DNA of 64,000 nucleotides from Sminthopsis crassicaudata (Eukaryota). Positions within the stretch are counted from its first letter, which is position 1. Each line of letters begins with the position of its first letter. This document shows positions 1 through 13,559 of this stretch, piece by piece. The stretch spans positions 75,034,454 through 75,098,453 of the forward strand of contig NC_133619.1 of assembly GCF_048593235.1 (NCBI RefSeq). The letters are read 5' to 3'. A model generated the notes under the pieces. That model searched no databases, was not told where the DNA came from, and was given only the letters and a program-made list of their open reading frames with translations. The translations under genes were made by a program, and so were the position numbers.

Positions 1-410
1 TGTAATAGAGCATATAAACTGGGGACAAACTCAGCCACAGAAAAGAAGGCTTGACCAGCCTTATGATGGCTCTCCTGACTTCATTACTTCTCCACTAAAA
101 CCAAGGACTTGGGCTGGTCCCGAGATCCTCCAGTGAGCTAGTCTGGACACTATATTTTAATCCACCCTGGTGTGGAGGCTCTAGAAAGCAATGGTAAGTT
201 TTGTCACCCCAACTTGGGGGCTCTAGAAAGCAGGACATTACATTTGGATGTGCAGACTACTGAACTAGCTGACTGAGTGAGACTGCTGATGCAGACTGGG
301 AGACTAAAGGAGACAATAAAGACTTTGGACTTTATCCCTCCTTATTCTCAGGGTGATTATTCTGCTGAAACCAAGGCTGTTCCTGAGATCTCCAGATAGC
401 TAATCAGAAC
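1..410 (+). mobile_element. Two adjacent LTR-like remnants (about 1-149 and 171-410)
   Basis: Both run TG...CA and share a related 3' block (aaaccaagg...ggtcccgagatcctccag vs aaaccaaggctgttcctgagatctccag). The second has AATAAA at about 315. Family not identified. Confidence 0.4.
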
Positions 411-2060
411 ATTAGATGGAGAGAATCTGAATTCTGGCTCTTGTTACTTACTAGCCATGTGACATTGGACAAGTGACAATTTTTCTACTCCTTGGTTGAT
501 TATTATGTAAAATAATTAAGCAAAGAGGTTAGACTTAAATGATCTCTGAGATCCTTTAGCGCTATAAAGCTATGATTCTATGATCTTATGAGAGATACAC
601 TTCTTTGAAAACTAGTCAGCGCCTTCCTACTGGAAATATTTAAATAGTTTTTGAAAAATCAGCTATGAAGAGTGTTGTAGAACAAATTTCTACAGTGGAT
701 GAAAAGGTGAACATTAGTTAATAATAACTTCCCCCATGGATTTTAAACTCTTTGAGGGGTTATTTTTTGCCTTTTCGATATCCCCGGATTTAGCACAGTA
801 CCTGACACAAAGTAGGTTCTTTTTTATTGATTGATTAACTAGAACCCGCCATCTCAGAAACTAGATAAGTTCTTTTTTATAGCAGTTATTCATTAGATTA
901 AACACTGACTAGGTATCATACCTTTTATAGAAAATGAAAAACTATTTGAAAATTTAAAAAAAATTCGTTTGACATTTCTTATTTATTTAAGATTAAAATG
1001 ACCATCACCTCTTATAGGATTTATTAGAGGTTTATTTTAATGCTTTTACATATAGAAATATTCTTATTTTTTAAAAAGACAATTCTACTGTGTTTTTGCT
1101 TAGATTTTATGTAATAAAATAGTGGGTATTTGTATAACTCTTTAAAGTTTATGAAGTATTTTACAAATATTATCTCATCCCATCTTCACAACAACCCTGT
1201 AATGTTGGTGCCATTTTTCATTTCCCATTTTATAGATGAGGAAATTGAGGCAGGTAGAAATGAAGTGATCTACCAACAGTCATAAAGCTAGTGTCTGAGG
1301 CTGGATTTGATTTCAGATCTTTTTGTGACTCTAGATCTAGCCTTTTATCATTAGCTACTTGTGTGAATAACTATGACTTTTTTTTTTTAAATAAAGAGTC
1401 ACCCAGCCAACTGCTAAAGGGCAATGACTGAAAATGAGATTTTAAATGTAGAAAGGAACTTAGAGCTCTTTTAGTCCATTCTGCTAACTTACAGATAATG
1501 AAATTGAGTGCCAGAGAAATTAAGCAAGTGTTTCATAGATAGTAAGTGGCAGAGTCAAAGTAACCTGAGTATGTATTTAGGAAACCCCTTTTTGCTTATC
1601 CTGTACCAGGTATGTACCAGGTAAGGCAGCTTGTGAAGAATGTGCTATAAATCTTGAAATGCTAGAGAATGTAAAGGATTAATTATTTTTTTAGAACAGT
1701 ATTTCCCAACCACTGAAATCCAGTGAAGATCAATGGGAAATTACCAGTATTCTCATTACTTAGATTTTTGGGAACTTAAAACATAATCTAGCAGAGGGCA
1801 GAGAGCTCCAACATAATTTGCATATTTTGTTGATTGGCATTATAATTTGGGGGGCAAAACATTGTACCCCATAGTACGCTACCCCTCACTGAACCTTAAT
1901 TATATTCTTCTAAATAATTCATAAGCAGTATTTGAACTACAATATAGCTAGCATTTGCATAGTAATTTAAGGTTTGCAAAGAACTTTATAAATATCATCT
2001 TATTTGATCAAGACTGGTAGAAGGTACAGGATAACCTTTATAGTCCCTATTATTAACCTT

Positions 2061-2079
2061 TACTGCCATCTAGTGTAAC
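2061..2079 (-). promoter_or_regulatory. CTCF-like motif
   Basis: Minus strand reads GTTACACTAGATGGCAGTA, matching the CTCF core CCASYAGRKGGCR except at the first C. Motif match only. Confidence 0.4.
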
Positions 2080-5000
2080 TATAGCATTAATACAATTCAG
2101 TCTCAGTAATGTACTGAGATTGAATTGGGTTTCTATCTCAATTTTTACTGGTTACTCATCTACAGAATTAAAAAAAAAAAGAGCAACTGAGATTCAAATA
2201 AATAATAAAAATAAATTCAATAAATATCTTTTAGGTTTATTTGAAAAAAGAAAGCGAAGGTAAAGCTAAACTGTTCATTCATTTTAAAATTTAAGAACTA
2301 TGAGAAATATATCCATATTTAAGCTACATGTCATTGTTATTTAAGGTAGAGAGAATAAAACTGATAGTTCAGGGGAATAAAATAGAAATGAAAAGGGAAG
2401 GAAGAAAAATAAAAAGATAACTAAAAGAGGGAGGTAAATGGAGAATACTAGGCAAAGAAGGGGAAAATAATTAGAATGAGTTAGAATGCCAAATTCTTCT
2501 TCTAGCAGACCTTTCTCTCTGCAGCCTTCACCCCTACCTTGATCCTATTTAAGATCCTTTCTGTTGTCCCACATTTGAAATCTTTGTATCAAATTAGAAG
2601 AAAAGGGAATCCCTATGTAACTAGAATAAAAATAAAAATGGGACAACAGCACTGAATGTTTCCACAGGACATCCAACATGATATGCTGTCAAGACCAGGA
2701 AAAAAATGAGAACTGAAAAAAAAGAAAAAGACATTGACTATATTACTATTTCTTAGAGAAGTTTCCTGAGGCAAAATAGTTCCAATTTGAGAGAGGTTGA
2801 CAGGTTAAACTATCTTAGTTGGCAAGTGTTAAAATGTGGCAGCAAAGGTAACATAGACTACACACATATGAACAAAACAATAGGGAAGAGAAAGAAGGAA
2901 GATTATGAGCAATGTCACTGCGTAAAAAAAAAAAGTAAAAAGCAATGGAAAGGAAAAAAAATTTGTAAGGGACATGACATCAGATCTAAATTTGTCAATT
3001 GATTCTAAGAACATATGAAGAGGAAACCAAAAGGAAGTAACAAAGATGAAATGGAACAGACCTGCCAATCTATTTACATCAGTGATGAGAATAGAACTGT
3101 CACATTTAGACTTTAAACTTTATTCATATATTCTGGGAGGATGTGTCAGTGACTCAATGTAAGAGGTAGCAAGATTTGACAAAATATGTACAGAAAAACT
3201 TAATATTGGAGACAACTTAATTTTTAAGATACCCAGAAATTTGTTGTCAAAAATTTTTAAAAGTAGGAATATATAAACTGTGATAGATGCTTTTGGGGTG
3301 GGGGCAGAAGGAGGTGAGCTAAACCTCTGATTTCATCAGCATTAGAATCTTCTAATGTATGAACTTTCTCCATTGATAAAGACCAGAAATTTATCAGTAG
3401 CTTAGACTGAAGGAATTGGATGGATCACTGAGATCATTTTCTGTCAAACAACAAGTATTTATTTAAGTTCACCCTGATTTTCTGAAAATTAGGCTTAATG
3501 GTTCAGAGGTTAATATCAAGCTAGTGGACTCAGTTTGCTCTCAGTACCACGGACAGCAAAAATCCAGTTTAGTTAATACAAAAGAACAGAAACAAAAAAG
3601 AAAGCCTCACCAATTTTTATCTTGCCTTACATTGCTTATTGTCAATAACAAAGTTTTATATTTATGAACATTTTGTATATCATTTAAGTTTCCTATAGGT
3701 AGAATGCAGATTTTTTTCTTTATATCCCACAAATAACCTAGCACAATGCTTTGCACATAGTAGATACTCAATAAACATTGAATTACAGTACATTTTAGTT
3801 TTAGGTAATAGCCAATCATTGCTTAAATTTGAATAACAAGATATGGGAAATTAAAATATGAAAAAGACTTTAGTCTTAAGTTTAGTTTTAAGACAAGCAT
3901 ATTTATTAAAGGACAGGCAGAAGCAATTGGAAACCACTTGCTTCATAATCTAGTCCCATTGAGTTCAAATATTTCACATTGTTGGCCTTGAGTCTCTGTT
4001 TTATGTACTCTGAGGAAGCCTGCAATTTCTACTGTCATGAAGCATAGAATAATTAACATAATTAATCATTATCTGCAATAATTGAGAATTTAATAATTAA
4101 CCATTAATTTCAATTAAAATTAAATCATGTAAGTAATTATGTATTAATGACTGTTAAAATACATAAAATAGAATTCTATATGAGTATACATATATACACA
4201 TATACGTACACATACATAGATATATACACATATGTGTTTGTGTGTATGTGTATATATATGTATAGGAAGGAAATGGAGAAAATTGGGGAGGAGGAGCAGA
4301 GGAAAATATAGTTCATGAAGTCAAAATCTAAGTTCAAATCCTAATTCTGCAACTCATTATCCTTATGACCTTGAACAAATTGACTACCAAGTCTCTCTGA
4401 GCATTAATTTTCTCATCTGCAAAATGGGGGGGAGGCAGGATATCGACTAGAAGACTTCCGAAATTACTTTAGCTCAAAATCTACAATCTTGTGATACGAA
4501 GCTGTGGAAACCATCATTTGTAATAAGATAAGATATGGAAGAAATAACAAAATGTCATCCATCATTCCAAATGAAAATTAATTGATCAATTCTAACCCAG
4601 GTATGGGGGCAAATAAATCTGCCTATGGATTAAAATTCATGACAACTTCTAATTATTCCCAAGAAAATCTCTGACCTTTAAGGCTTATTGTGTAGACTTC
4701 TGCACAAGGCATTCATTATAAGATGAATTACTATATATGTAGGAGGTAAAAGATTAGGTGTTTGCCTATGTTGCCAAGAACAGAGCTGAGAAAGCACTTG
4801 ATTAGGAATTGAATGTTTTTCTCCCTATTGTCCTTGGATAGTGCAGTAAAAAGAAATCTAGATTTGGAGTGAGAGGATACATGCTGTGCATATAGAGACT
4901 GAACATTGAGAAAGCAGAAAAATTGTCTGTCAAAGATATACTTAAACTTTTTCAGCCATTAATCATTTTCATTTTGGCAATTAACCTCCTTCTCACTGGT

Positions 5001-5986
5001 AGGATGAGGCAAGATCCTGCTAAAAACTATCATAGGCTAAAGTGGAATAAAGCTTATATAAAGAGTGATATAAATTATAAAGAAAAATTATAAGGCAATT
5101 AAAAATAATACAGCTTTCTACAAAAATTTTGTCTTTATGTTTGCTTGTGACAAAGATGCAGCCCTGAGTTTTCTAAGATTATGACAACAAAATTCAAGTG
5201 CTGGAAAAGTTTTCCAAACTGAAAAGGCTTTGAGTAAAGACTTTGACAGCCTGTGTATTTGACCTTTAGCCTACATTCTTCTAGAGGCTCAGCTCTTAAA
5301 GATTGGCTCCCAGATAATTAGTTTTGGTCCTAGCAACTTAGCAGAAGACAATCTTCAAATGAGGGGAAGACCAAACTCAGTGAAATCACAGACTTAGGAA
5401 ATATTTCAATTCAATCTGAAGACATTCAGTTCTTTGGTGCAGAGCACTCTAAATAAAATTCAATGTTTATATAAGATATTGTTACTCCCCGGATTGAAAT
5501 TACAGCCTAAAAGGGGATGCTGGCACATAAATAAATGTAATTCCAAATAATATGCAAGATTCTAAGAGAGGTGAATAGTTCCTAGAAAGATCTAATCACT
5601 TAGGGATCAGGGAAGATGCTCTTTGAGTTTGAGCTCTAAAATTGGACAGAAATTCCAACTTTAAGCGTGGAGAGAGAAGAGGTCTTTATAGTCGTAAAGA
5701 AAAAAAAACCATAAGCAAAAACACAGATGTGGAAAAAACACAAGCTGCATTGGGCAGGGGGGTAGAATAAATAGTTCAGTATCAGAATGTGGAGTCTCTT
5801 GAATACCCTGCTAAGGGAGCATGAACTATATTTGTTAGACAATGGGAAGTTATTGAAGGATTTTGAAAGTATTAGTCTTATGGATAAGGATAAATCTGTA
5901 ATTTGGGAAACTGACCTGGAGGTTGAAAGGTAACACCCAAAAGAACTGAAAATAAATGAATCACATCAACTTTAGAGGCAATAAAG

Positions 5987-6194
5987 CAAGTATGGAAGCC
6001 TTTTTTTTTTAATGCCAAGGGCCATTTGGATATTTATAACATTATTCTCAGGTCATACCAAACTGTCAACTTATAGAACCCAAACAGTGGGAAGCTGTTA
6101 TACCTAGCTTTCAACTCATCATTGCCTGTGGTTGCCTTGGCAGATGATTTCATGAGCTTTACATGCCCCATAGGCTGGATGTTCCCCACCCCTG
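5987..6194 (+). mobile_element. Non-autonomous hAT/Charlie DNA transposon (OC1/OposCharlie1-like MITE), about 208 bp
   Basis: The 3' TIR GTTCCCCACCCCTG (6181-6194) is intact and the 5' TIR is degenerate (caagtatggaagcc). It is followed by the OC1-like sequence ttttt..tgccaagggccatttggatatttataacat. Degenerate 8-bp TSD caataaag/taataagg. Confidence 0.7.
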
Positions 6195-6648
6195 TAATAA
6201 GGGAATGGTCTGGAAGTACCAATGGGTTGGAAAGAATATGGCAACTCTTCCTGAGGATGCAAGTCAGGAAGTTCCAGGAGAGAAAACCAATGGAGAAGGT
6301 GGTAAGGAATATGAAAAAACAAGCTTTTGTTAGGAAGGATTGAGCCATTCAAAGATGCAGGTAGGGAAGTCTGTTAAGCATAAAGAAGAGATTCTAGTGG
6401 CCTTAAAAACTGGGGGGGGGGGGGAGAGAAGAAGAGACAACCATATTAAAATAGACTTGAGGAGGAATAGGACTTAGCTGAATAGGAATGAAGTTTAAGT
6501 TGAAATATTAAATGTAGTATATAAAATGGAACATTAGTTATATCTAATAACTAAGAGAAATAACTTTTGAAATACAAGCAAAAATCATTTCATTCTTTGT
6601 GGTAGTATCCCTAGTGCCTAGCACAGTATCCAGCATATGGTGAAGTCT

Positions 6649-6790
6649 TTTTTTTTTTTTTCCCTGAGGCAATTGGGGTTAAGTGACTTGCCAGAGTTAC
6701 ACAGCTAGGAAGTGTCTGAGGCCAGATTTGAACTCAAGTCCTCATGGCTTCAGGGATGGCGCTCTATCCATTGTACCACCTAGCTGCCCC
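6649..6790 (-). mobile_element. tRNA/CORE SINE (WSINE1/Mar1-like) inserted in an L2/MIR tail
   Basis: Reverse complement starts ggggcagctaggtggtacaatggatagagc and ends in a polyA tail. Degenerate TSD catatggtgaagtctt / catatggtggactctt. Confidence 0.85.
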
Positions 6791-6913
6791 ATATGGTGGA
6801 CTCTTAATAAATACTAGTTTGTTGATTGATTAAATAAGTCAAAGCAAATGAGCAACTTCTCTTCAAGACACAAATGCATTTATCATTTTAAAGTTGAACT
6901 GTTTTTCTTCCAG

Positions 6914-7001
6914 GTTCCTAGAGCCCAAAATATTCATCTTTCAACACATCCTTTTGCCATGCTAACAGCTTCCAAGGCAGTAGAACACGCTCAGACACAA
7001 A
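6914..7001 (+). CDS. C2orf80: C2orf80 internal coding exon (88 nt; [29 protein letters not shown])
   Basis: Bounded by ttttcttccag| and |gtaagc. The translation matches human C2orf80 [29 protein letters not shown] (recalled). C2orf80 is the known upstream neighbour of CRYGA. Confidence 0.88.
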
Positions 7002-7739
7002 GTAAGCTTACTTATTTTCAACTCACTCTCAATTTAAAAATCAATTTTATTGTTTTTTAAAAATTTTATTTGATATTTATTTGATTTTATTGATATTCAT
7101 TAAACATTTATTAAGTACCTACAATGAGTCAGGCACTCTCCTAAGTGCTAGAAATACAATTAATAAAAAGATGGTCTCTGCTCTCAGGGAGCTTTCGATT
7201 TAATACAAGGATACACCACAAAAAAGGAGTTGGAAAAACAATGGAAAAATAGGAGGTATTTAGTCCAGGGGAGTTTTGTCTTTTGAAGTTGAAAACAGGG
7301 AGAACAGTAGATGTAGTGTACAGTGAGCTGAAAAGCCCAGTTTCTGCTCTGTTTAAAAATAGTGAGAAAAGTTTCACAGTTCACCCTCCAGTTCTTCAAA
7401 CAGAGGAGAGAGAAGCCAAAGGAGTTAATCAAGGCTTTAGTTGGTTATGGTGATAAGATTAGTAGCCATGAGTATAACCTATCAGAGGCATCTTCTGTGG
7501 AGTTGCAGCCAGGAAGGGATTTATTGACCACCTTTTGTTTTTATACCATCTACGTTTCATAATGTCTCTCCCTTTAAAAAATTCATTCGTTTGAACAAAG
7601 AATAAAAAAGAGTTAAAAGAAACTAACATTTTTAAAAAAACCCTGCTATTATATGCAGGAGTCTAAGCCTTATCCCTCATCTTTTCAAAGAAACAGAAAG
7701 AAATGTCTTCTCATATCTCTTGTCAATACTTGGGCGTTG

Positions 7740-8030
7740 ACATTTCATATCATCTAGTTTCATTTGTTTTGTTCTTTCCATCTACATTGTTGTACTATTT
7801 AGGCATATTTTCCTAGTTCTGTTTATTTCATTTTGCATTAGTTCATATGAGTTTTCTCATTTTTCTCTGAACCCATTATGTTTGTCACTACTTATACAGT
7901 AATTACACAGTGATATACCAATATATTGATGTATTCCAATAGGTTAGACAATGGACATCATTCTTTGCTACCACAAAAAGTGTTGCTATAAATATTTTGC
8001 TAAATATGGGGATATTCTTTTTATCATTTA
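7740..8030 (-). mobile_element. Old L1 3'-region fragment in a C2orf80 intron
   Basis: Contains ttctttgctaccacaaaaagtgttgctataaatatttt, the antisense of the L1 ORF2-end motif. Confidence 0.55.
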
Positions 8031-8620
8031 GCTCCTTCTTTTACTTTACTTAAAAAGAAAATAGGGTAATAATAGTTTTATGAATTAGAGTAAAAGTTTG
8101 TAGGCAATTAGGTTTTCATTAACTAACCCTAGTTGATTTATACAGTCAGATTCACAAAGATTAACCTGTCTCTCTCATTACCTGTACCAGAGAAAAATTA
8201 TTTATCAGAGCTACTGAAAATGGAAATAAGACAATCTTGATGAGTGAGATAGCCCCTTTCTGATAGTATTAGGTACTATATAGGCCCTGCAAAAGAGCTC
8301 TATATTCATGCCTACTCATGGCATGGAAATGAGCCTGGATTATTTAAGCCTACACCAGAAAAGATAACTGGCAGATGCTACTAAATTAGAAAGGTTTTGA
8401 GCCTAACATAGGACCAGCTTAGGTTTTAAGGACTGACAACCAAGTAATGAGTATTTGAGCTACCATCATTCATGAAACTGTTTCCTTAGATTTGGAAATA
8501 ATTCTGTGTCAATGGAGGCAGCACCCCCATCAATATAGTCACAAGTTTTTGATGTATTAATGTACGAAGTACAATGTAAAGATTTAGATGTATTAATTAC
8601 GTCATTATGTGTGTCCCTAG

Positions 8621-8733
8621 ATATCAAGTTACGAAGGAGAATAGCCCATAGAAATGCTATCAACAGCTCAATTACAACAAAGGCAATGGATCCAAAGTCA
8701 GCAAAGAACTCAGAAAAACAGCCAAAGATAAAA
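8621..8733 (+). CDS. C2orf80: C2orf80 internal coding exon (113 nt; NIKLRRRIAHRNAINSSITTKAMDPKSAKNSEKQPKIK)
   Basis: Bounded by gtccctag| and |gtaagt. Phase 1 is compatible with the previous exon. Aligns with human SVKSRKVTTNKNA...FSDTQPKHK (recalled). Confidence 0.8.
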
Positions 8734-11700
8734 GTAAGTCTAGAAACCCAAAATGGAAGCTATTAAACTGTTATTAAGCTGTTGCTAAATGGTTGAAGAA
8801 AAGCAGACTTATTCCCATTGTTTTTAAGTATTTTTGAGAGTCAGTGTGGAACAGTAGAGAGAGAAATTTATGAGCTTAAAATCAGAAAGATTTAGATTTA
8901 AGTTCTTTGACTCTCACTATCAGATGTATAACTGTGGACAGGTCTCAATATTGCAGTGTCTTGGGCATCTTTCTTTTTAAAAAAAATAGCCTTAATTTTC
9001 AAAATATATGCAAAATAGTTTTCAATATTCATTCTTTAAAAAGCTAGTGTTAGATTAAATTTCTCTTCTGGAAGAAAAAAACACAAAACAAAAGCTAGTG
9101 TTTCAAATTTTTCTTCCTCCTTTCCCTCCACTCCCCTAGATGGCAAGTAAAGGTGCAGATCTGCAATTGCAGAGAGAGGTTCTTATATCAGTGGTTTCAG
9201 TTTCTATCCTTTAAAATTTGCAAAGTGCTTTATATATTTATTATATCACTGGAAAGTCACAATAACCCTATGAAGTAGTTGCTATTATCCCTATTTTACA
9301 GATGAAAAAACTGAGGTCAAAAGAAGTTAAGTGACTTGTAAAGTGGTCCAGTCAGCCTATATCAAATGCATGATTTGAACTCTAATATATCTAACTCCAA
9401 GGCCTGTTTTCTATCCACTTCCCCACCTCTGCCAATTTGTTGAATTGAATTGAAAGGTAGTCATAAGAAATGGCACCCTCAATATCCCTTCTTGATGCCC
9501 TTCCATCTTCTGTTTGATGTCTTATGTTCATATAACCTAGAGGCAAATTTAAAACAATCATCTTGACCACTCAAATTGGTACTTTTACACTAGACAAGTT
9601 CCTTATGTTCTGCAGGTCTCTAAGGAAGTTGAAACTTGGAATCAATGCAACCCAAGACACAATCAAAAAGCACCATCTGAGAAGACAAAACCTTGTGCTC
9701 ACCTCTTCGCATAAATACCAGCTCCAAGTAACACTGGCCCTGCCTCTGTGCTGTACTCTTGTATTTTCTGCTGTTTTGTTGTTTTTTAGAAAACTGTTCT
9801 TCTTCTGACTCAGGTTATTCAAATAGGTGTGGATCTGGCCCTGCTGAGTGTTTTCCCAAGAACTATTGGCAAGGCATAGATCTAGTCTGCTCTATGCAGA
9901 TATTCTGGTGCTGTGAAGTACAATTGAATAGCTTTCCTTGTAATTACTTTCTGGCTGTACTTTTCCCCTTTGCTTGGTGTCTCAGTACATTTCAACTCCT
10001 TGGAATGTTCTTCAAATGCTAACCTCTGCATGTTAAGATAATTGATTTTCCTAAGTAAAAGTTACAATTTCAAAAGGAAAAGAACAAACCTTTATTGCTT
10101 TTAGTGTGTTTTAGTGTAGATATATTTACTTAATGATTGTTTATAATAAAGTACATATCCAACATATTTGAGTGTTTTTCAAGAACATTTTATAAAGAAA
10201 AAGTTCTAGTATTAAGAAAAGAACAGTTATAGCAAATGAGAACAGACATGTAACTGGTGTACCAAACTAGCCAAATGGCCAAAAAATCAACTTGCAAAGA
10301 ATCCATAAGTGAGATGTCCCTGGGATCTGTGCTTGTCTTTATGCTGATTATCAATTTTTTTTTTCTTAGTGACTTGCAATGAGACATGAATATCATGAAG
10401 CAAAACTGAGAAAGATGACTCATGAACTGATAATAGAATCAAGGATAAAAATGTCTTATTTTCAAAGGACATCTCATTTTGTCATTTTTGCTAAGCGATG
10501 GAGAGGTCAGTTACCGAAGTTCTATGCTTCTCAGTGAATTGCCTAGGACTCATATATCATGTCATATTTATAGAGTTAATTCTGGTTTAATTGATGAAGG
10601 GAGTATTTCCATCAAGTAGTTCCCCAGTATTAAAATAACTTTTTACCCCTACAAATTTAATTATATTCTTTAAAGAGGATTTTCTAAAAGATTTAAATTT
10701 TTTATTTTTAAATTTATTTTTGTTTACTTTTTTTGTTTTTAGTTTTTTTTTTTTTAAATTTAAATTCTATAAAAAATTTAAATCATTTATTTTTTATGGA
10801 TCTTTATTTTCTATTGATAAATTGCATTCTTTAATGCCCTCTACAAAGCCATGCCTTAAGAATTAAACTGGAGATGAGTCCAGGTCACCAGCTGTTAGTC
10901 TTGAATGACCACCAGTTTCTTGCTGCTTGAAAAACTTCAGTAGCACATTAAAAATATATCTATGGAGTTAGCACTTTGTTGAAAGTGACATTGTATAGTC
11001 ATGGATGAAAATATTATTAGAATCCATTTTGACCAGAGTGTGACTACCTCAGAACACAATGGAGCATTGCTTATTTTTCTGTGAACTACACTTAGAGGAC
11101 AAGAGAGGAAGAAGTAGGAATAAAGTACAAATTAACAGCTAAGAAATTCTGGCAAATGTGGGCTTAACAGAAATGTAATTAGTACATTTTCCAGCACTGC
11201 TCAGTACACACGAATGCATTTCCTTATAATTACTTCTGTTTGTACTTTTGTTCCTTTGCTTCTATGCTGCCCTAAGAAAAAACTATAGATCCAAAGGTGT
11301 ATAGGTGGTACTATTACCATCCTTATAATTTAAACCTATGGTTTAAAAACTGTTTAAATAAAATGTTGGTCTTATTACTTTAAGAGTATCTGGAATGACA
11401 TCTCCTTTTAAATCTAAAAGTTAGACTAGGGTCTTGCTTCTTTCTCAGGCTTTTACCAATTCTGTCTCTGATGCAGCAAGAGAACATTAAATACTAAATC
11501 TTCACCAGAGACAAGAGATTTGTGCAAATGGATTTTAAGTCATGGATTCCATAATAATTAAAGAACATGGACAAAAATGATTAACTTTTAAACTTTCAAG
11601 GGATTTTTGAGAGAAATACCCCTGAGATCTAAGCTTGGCCCTATTATAATTAACATTTTTGTCAGTGACACAAAGCTGAGAACAAATGATTAATGAACTA

Positions 11701-11907
11701 CAAAATAGAATCAAAACCAAAAATAGTCTGGAACATAGAAACAAATCTATTAAAATGAAATCTAATGGCAACGAATATAAAATCTTGCATTGCATTGAAA
11801 AAAAATCAACTTTACATGTACAAATTGTGGGAAATATGGCTATACGAGTCATTTAAAATAGATATTAGGATTTCAATGTATTGTTAACTCAATGTGACTC
11901 AATAGTA

Positions 11908-12057
11908 TTTTATTTTTCCAATTTCATGTAAAAACAATTTTCAACATTTATTTAGATTCAATTTTTGCTCCCTCTCTTCTTTGACTTCCCACTCCCTAAG
12001 ACAGCAAACAATATGATTTAGGTTATACCTTTACAATCATTTTAAACAGAAACCCAG
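11908..12057 (-). mobile_element. 5'-truncated L1 3' end inserted into an L3/CR1 fragment
   Basis: 15-bp TSD tgtgactcaatagta at 11893-11907 and 12058-12072. Confidence 0.75.
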
Positions 12058-12240
12058 TGTGACTCAATAGTATGGCAACTAAAAAAGCTAATATGATCTT
12101 GAGTTGCATTATAAGAGACAAGATTTCTGGAAATAAAGAAATGATGATTGCACTACATACTGGTGTGGTCAAGACTAAATCTACAGTGGCATGGTCAATT
12201 ATGAGTGCCACATATTAGAAAAAATATTAATAACAGATAA
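12058..12240 (+). mobile_element. L3/CR1 LINE fragment
   Basis: Sequence ..atggcaactaaaaaagctaatatgatcttgagttgcatta..ctggtgtggtcaagact..gccacatattagaaaa resembles the CR1 RT 3' region. Confidence 0.65.
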
Positions 12241-12629
12241 AACTTTCCTGATGGCAAAGACAAATACCTACAGCACGAGATAGCTCTTGGAATTTTCTAT
12301 CAGCCACAAGTCCTGTGTTTTATTTCACTAGATAGTTGGTGCTGGTGGTTCAAAAGCCTGGGATATGGTCTGTGAACAGCAGAAGGAACAATACATCAAG
12401 TTGAACCTGGGAGCTGGGTATTCTTAGGAGAGGCAAACGGCAAAATCATTTCTTTGTGATCTTGCTGCCTATGATGAATGCTTTTCCAGCACTCTCTAAT
12501 GTCATCCCTTTTCTCACAGATAGAGAGAAGGCTGCATTCCTGAACCAATGATGAGATCTGAAAGCAATTCAGACTTCCTATGCTCATAGTCCCCTTAGAT
12601 TTGCTGAGGGAAAATTCTTGGATTTGAAA

Positions 12630-12770
12630 CTTTTCTTTTTCTTTTTCTGAGGCTGGGGTTAAGTGATTTGCCCAGGGTCACACAGCTAGGAAGTGTTAAG
12701 TGTCTGAGACCATATTTGAACTTGGGTCCTCAGGGCTGGTGCTCTATCCACTGCACCACCTAGCTGCCCC
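12630..12770 (-). mobile_element. WSINE1/Mar1-like SINE
   Basis: Near-consensus SINE with an 11-bp TSD tggatttgaaa (12619-12629, 12771-12781). Confidence 0.88.
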
Positions 12771-13559
12771 TGGATTTGAAATTTGAAGATGGGTTCTAAT
12801 GGTGGAAGAAAGAGCTAATACTAATTTATAATTCATATAATCTCTGTGGACCCAATTTTCTCATCTATGAAATGAGGGGGTCGAATTAGATGACCCAAAT
12901 TCCATGACTTCTAACTTATACTTTCCAACTATACTAGACTAATTATCTTTCCTCTTCTCATCTCTCCTGTCTCTGTTCCTTTAACCCTAAATACTAGTTA
13001 TCAAAATCTTTCTTTACTTTAAGTACATACTCTTGTCTTCCAAGAATCCTTATCTGATCCTTCTTTCTAAAAATAATCATTCCATCCCATAATTTTCTTA
13101 TAGTATTTTGTCTGAGACTTTTCACTATTCTTATCCTATTCTGCTATAATTATTCATTCATAATTATTTATGAACATATGTGGTGGAAGCTATATTTAAC
13201 ATATAATCTAGGCTAGTTTTATATTTTTCCTAAAAGATTTTGAAACAACAGCTTTAAAGGACTTCTGAACTCTTATCTATCCAATAATCAACCATTATTT
13301 CCAAGAACCAATGGTGAATCAAGCTACCTACCTCCTTACAGAAATAATGGATGTAAAATTCAGAAGACATACATTTTTCCCCAAAATGATCAATGCATAA
13401 ATTTATTTTACTTGACCATACATATTGGCTATAAGAGTTTGTTTTTCTTTTTCTTCCCCAACAGGACAGAAATAATAGAAAATAAAATGTGTTTATTGGG
13501 GGGGGGAATAGATTAAAAAAAAGTACTGAAGCAATTATTAAGATTTATAGTATCTTATT

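Noticed and set aside
5395-5460. Possible upstream C2orf80 exon (NISIQSEDIQFFGAEHSK)
   Set aside because: Poor match to the expected NSIPIEEVFKIYG exon, in-frame stop and no splice sites. That exon is probably upstream of the window.
6034-6352. Three overlapping ORFs of 73-104 aa on both strands
   Set aside because: They overlap the hAT MITE and adjacent decayed repeat; no splice context or recognisable protein.
9130-9148. CTCF-like cccctagatggcaag
   Set aside because: Part of a standard antisense L1 3'UTR fragment; one core mismatch.
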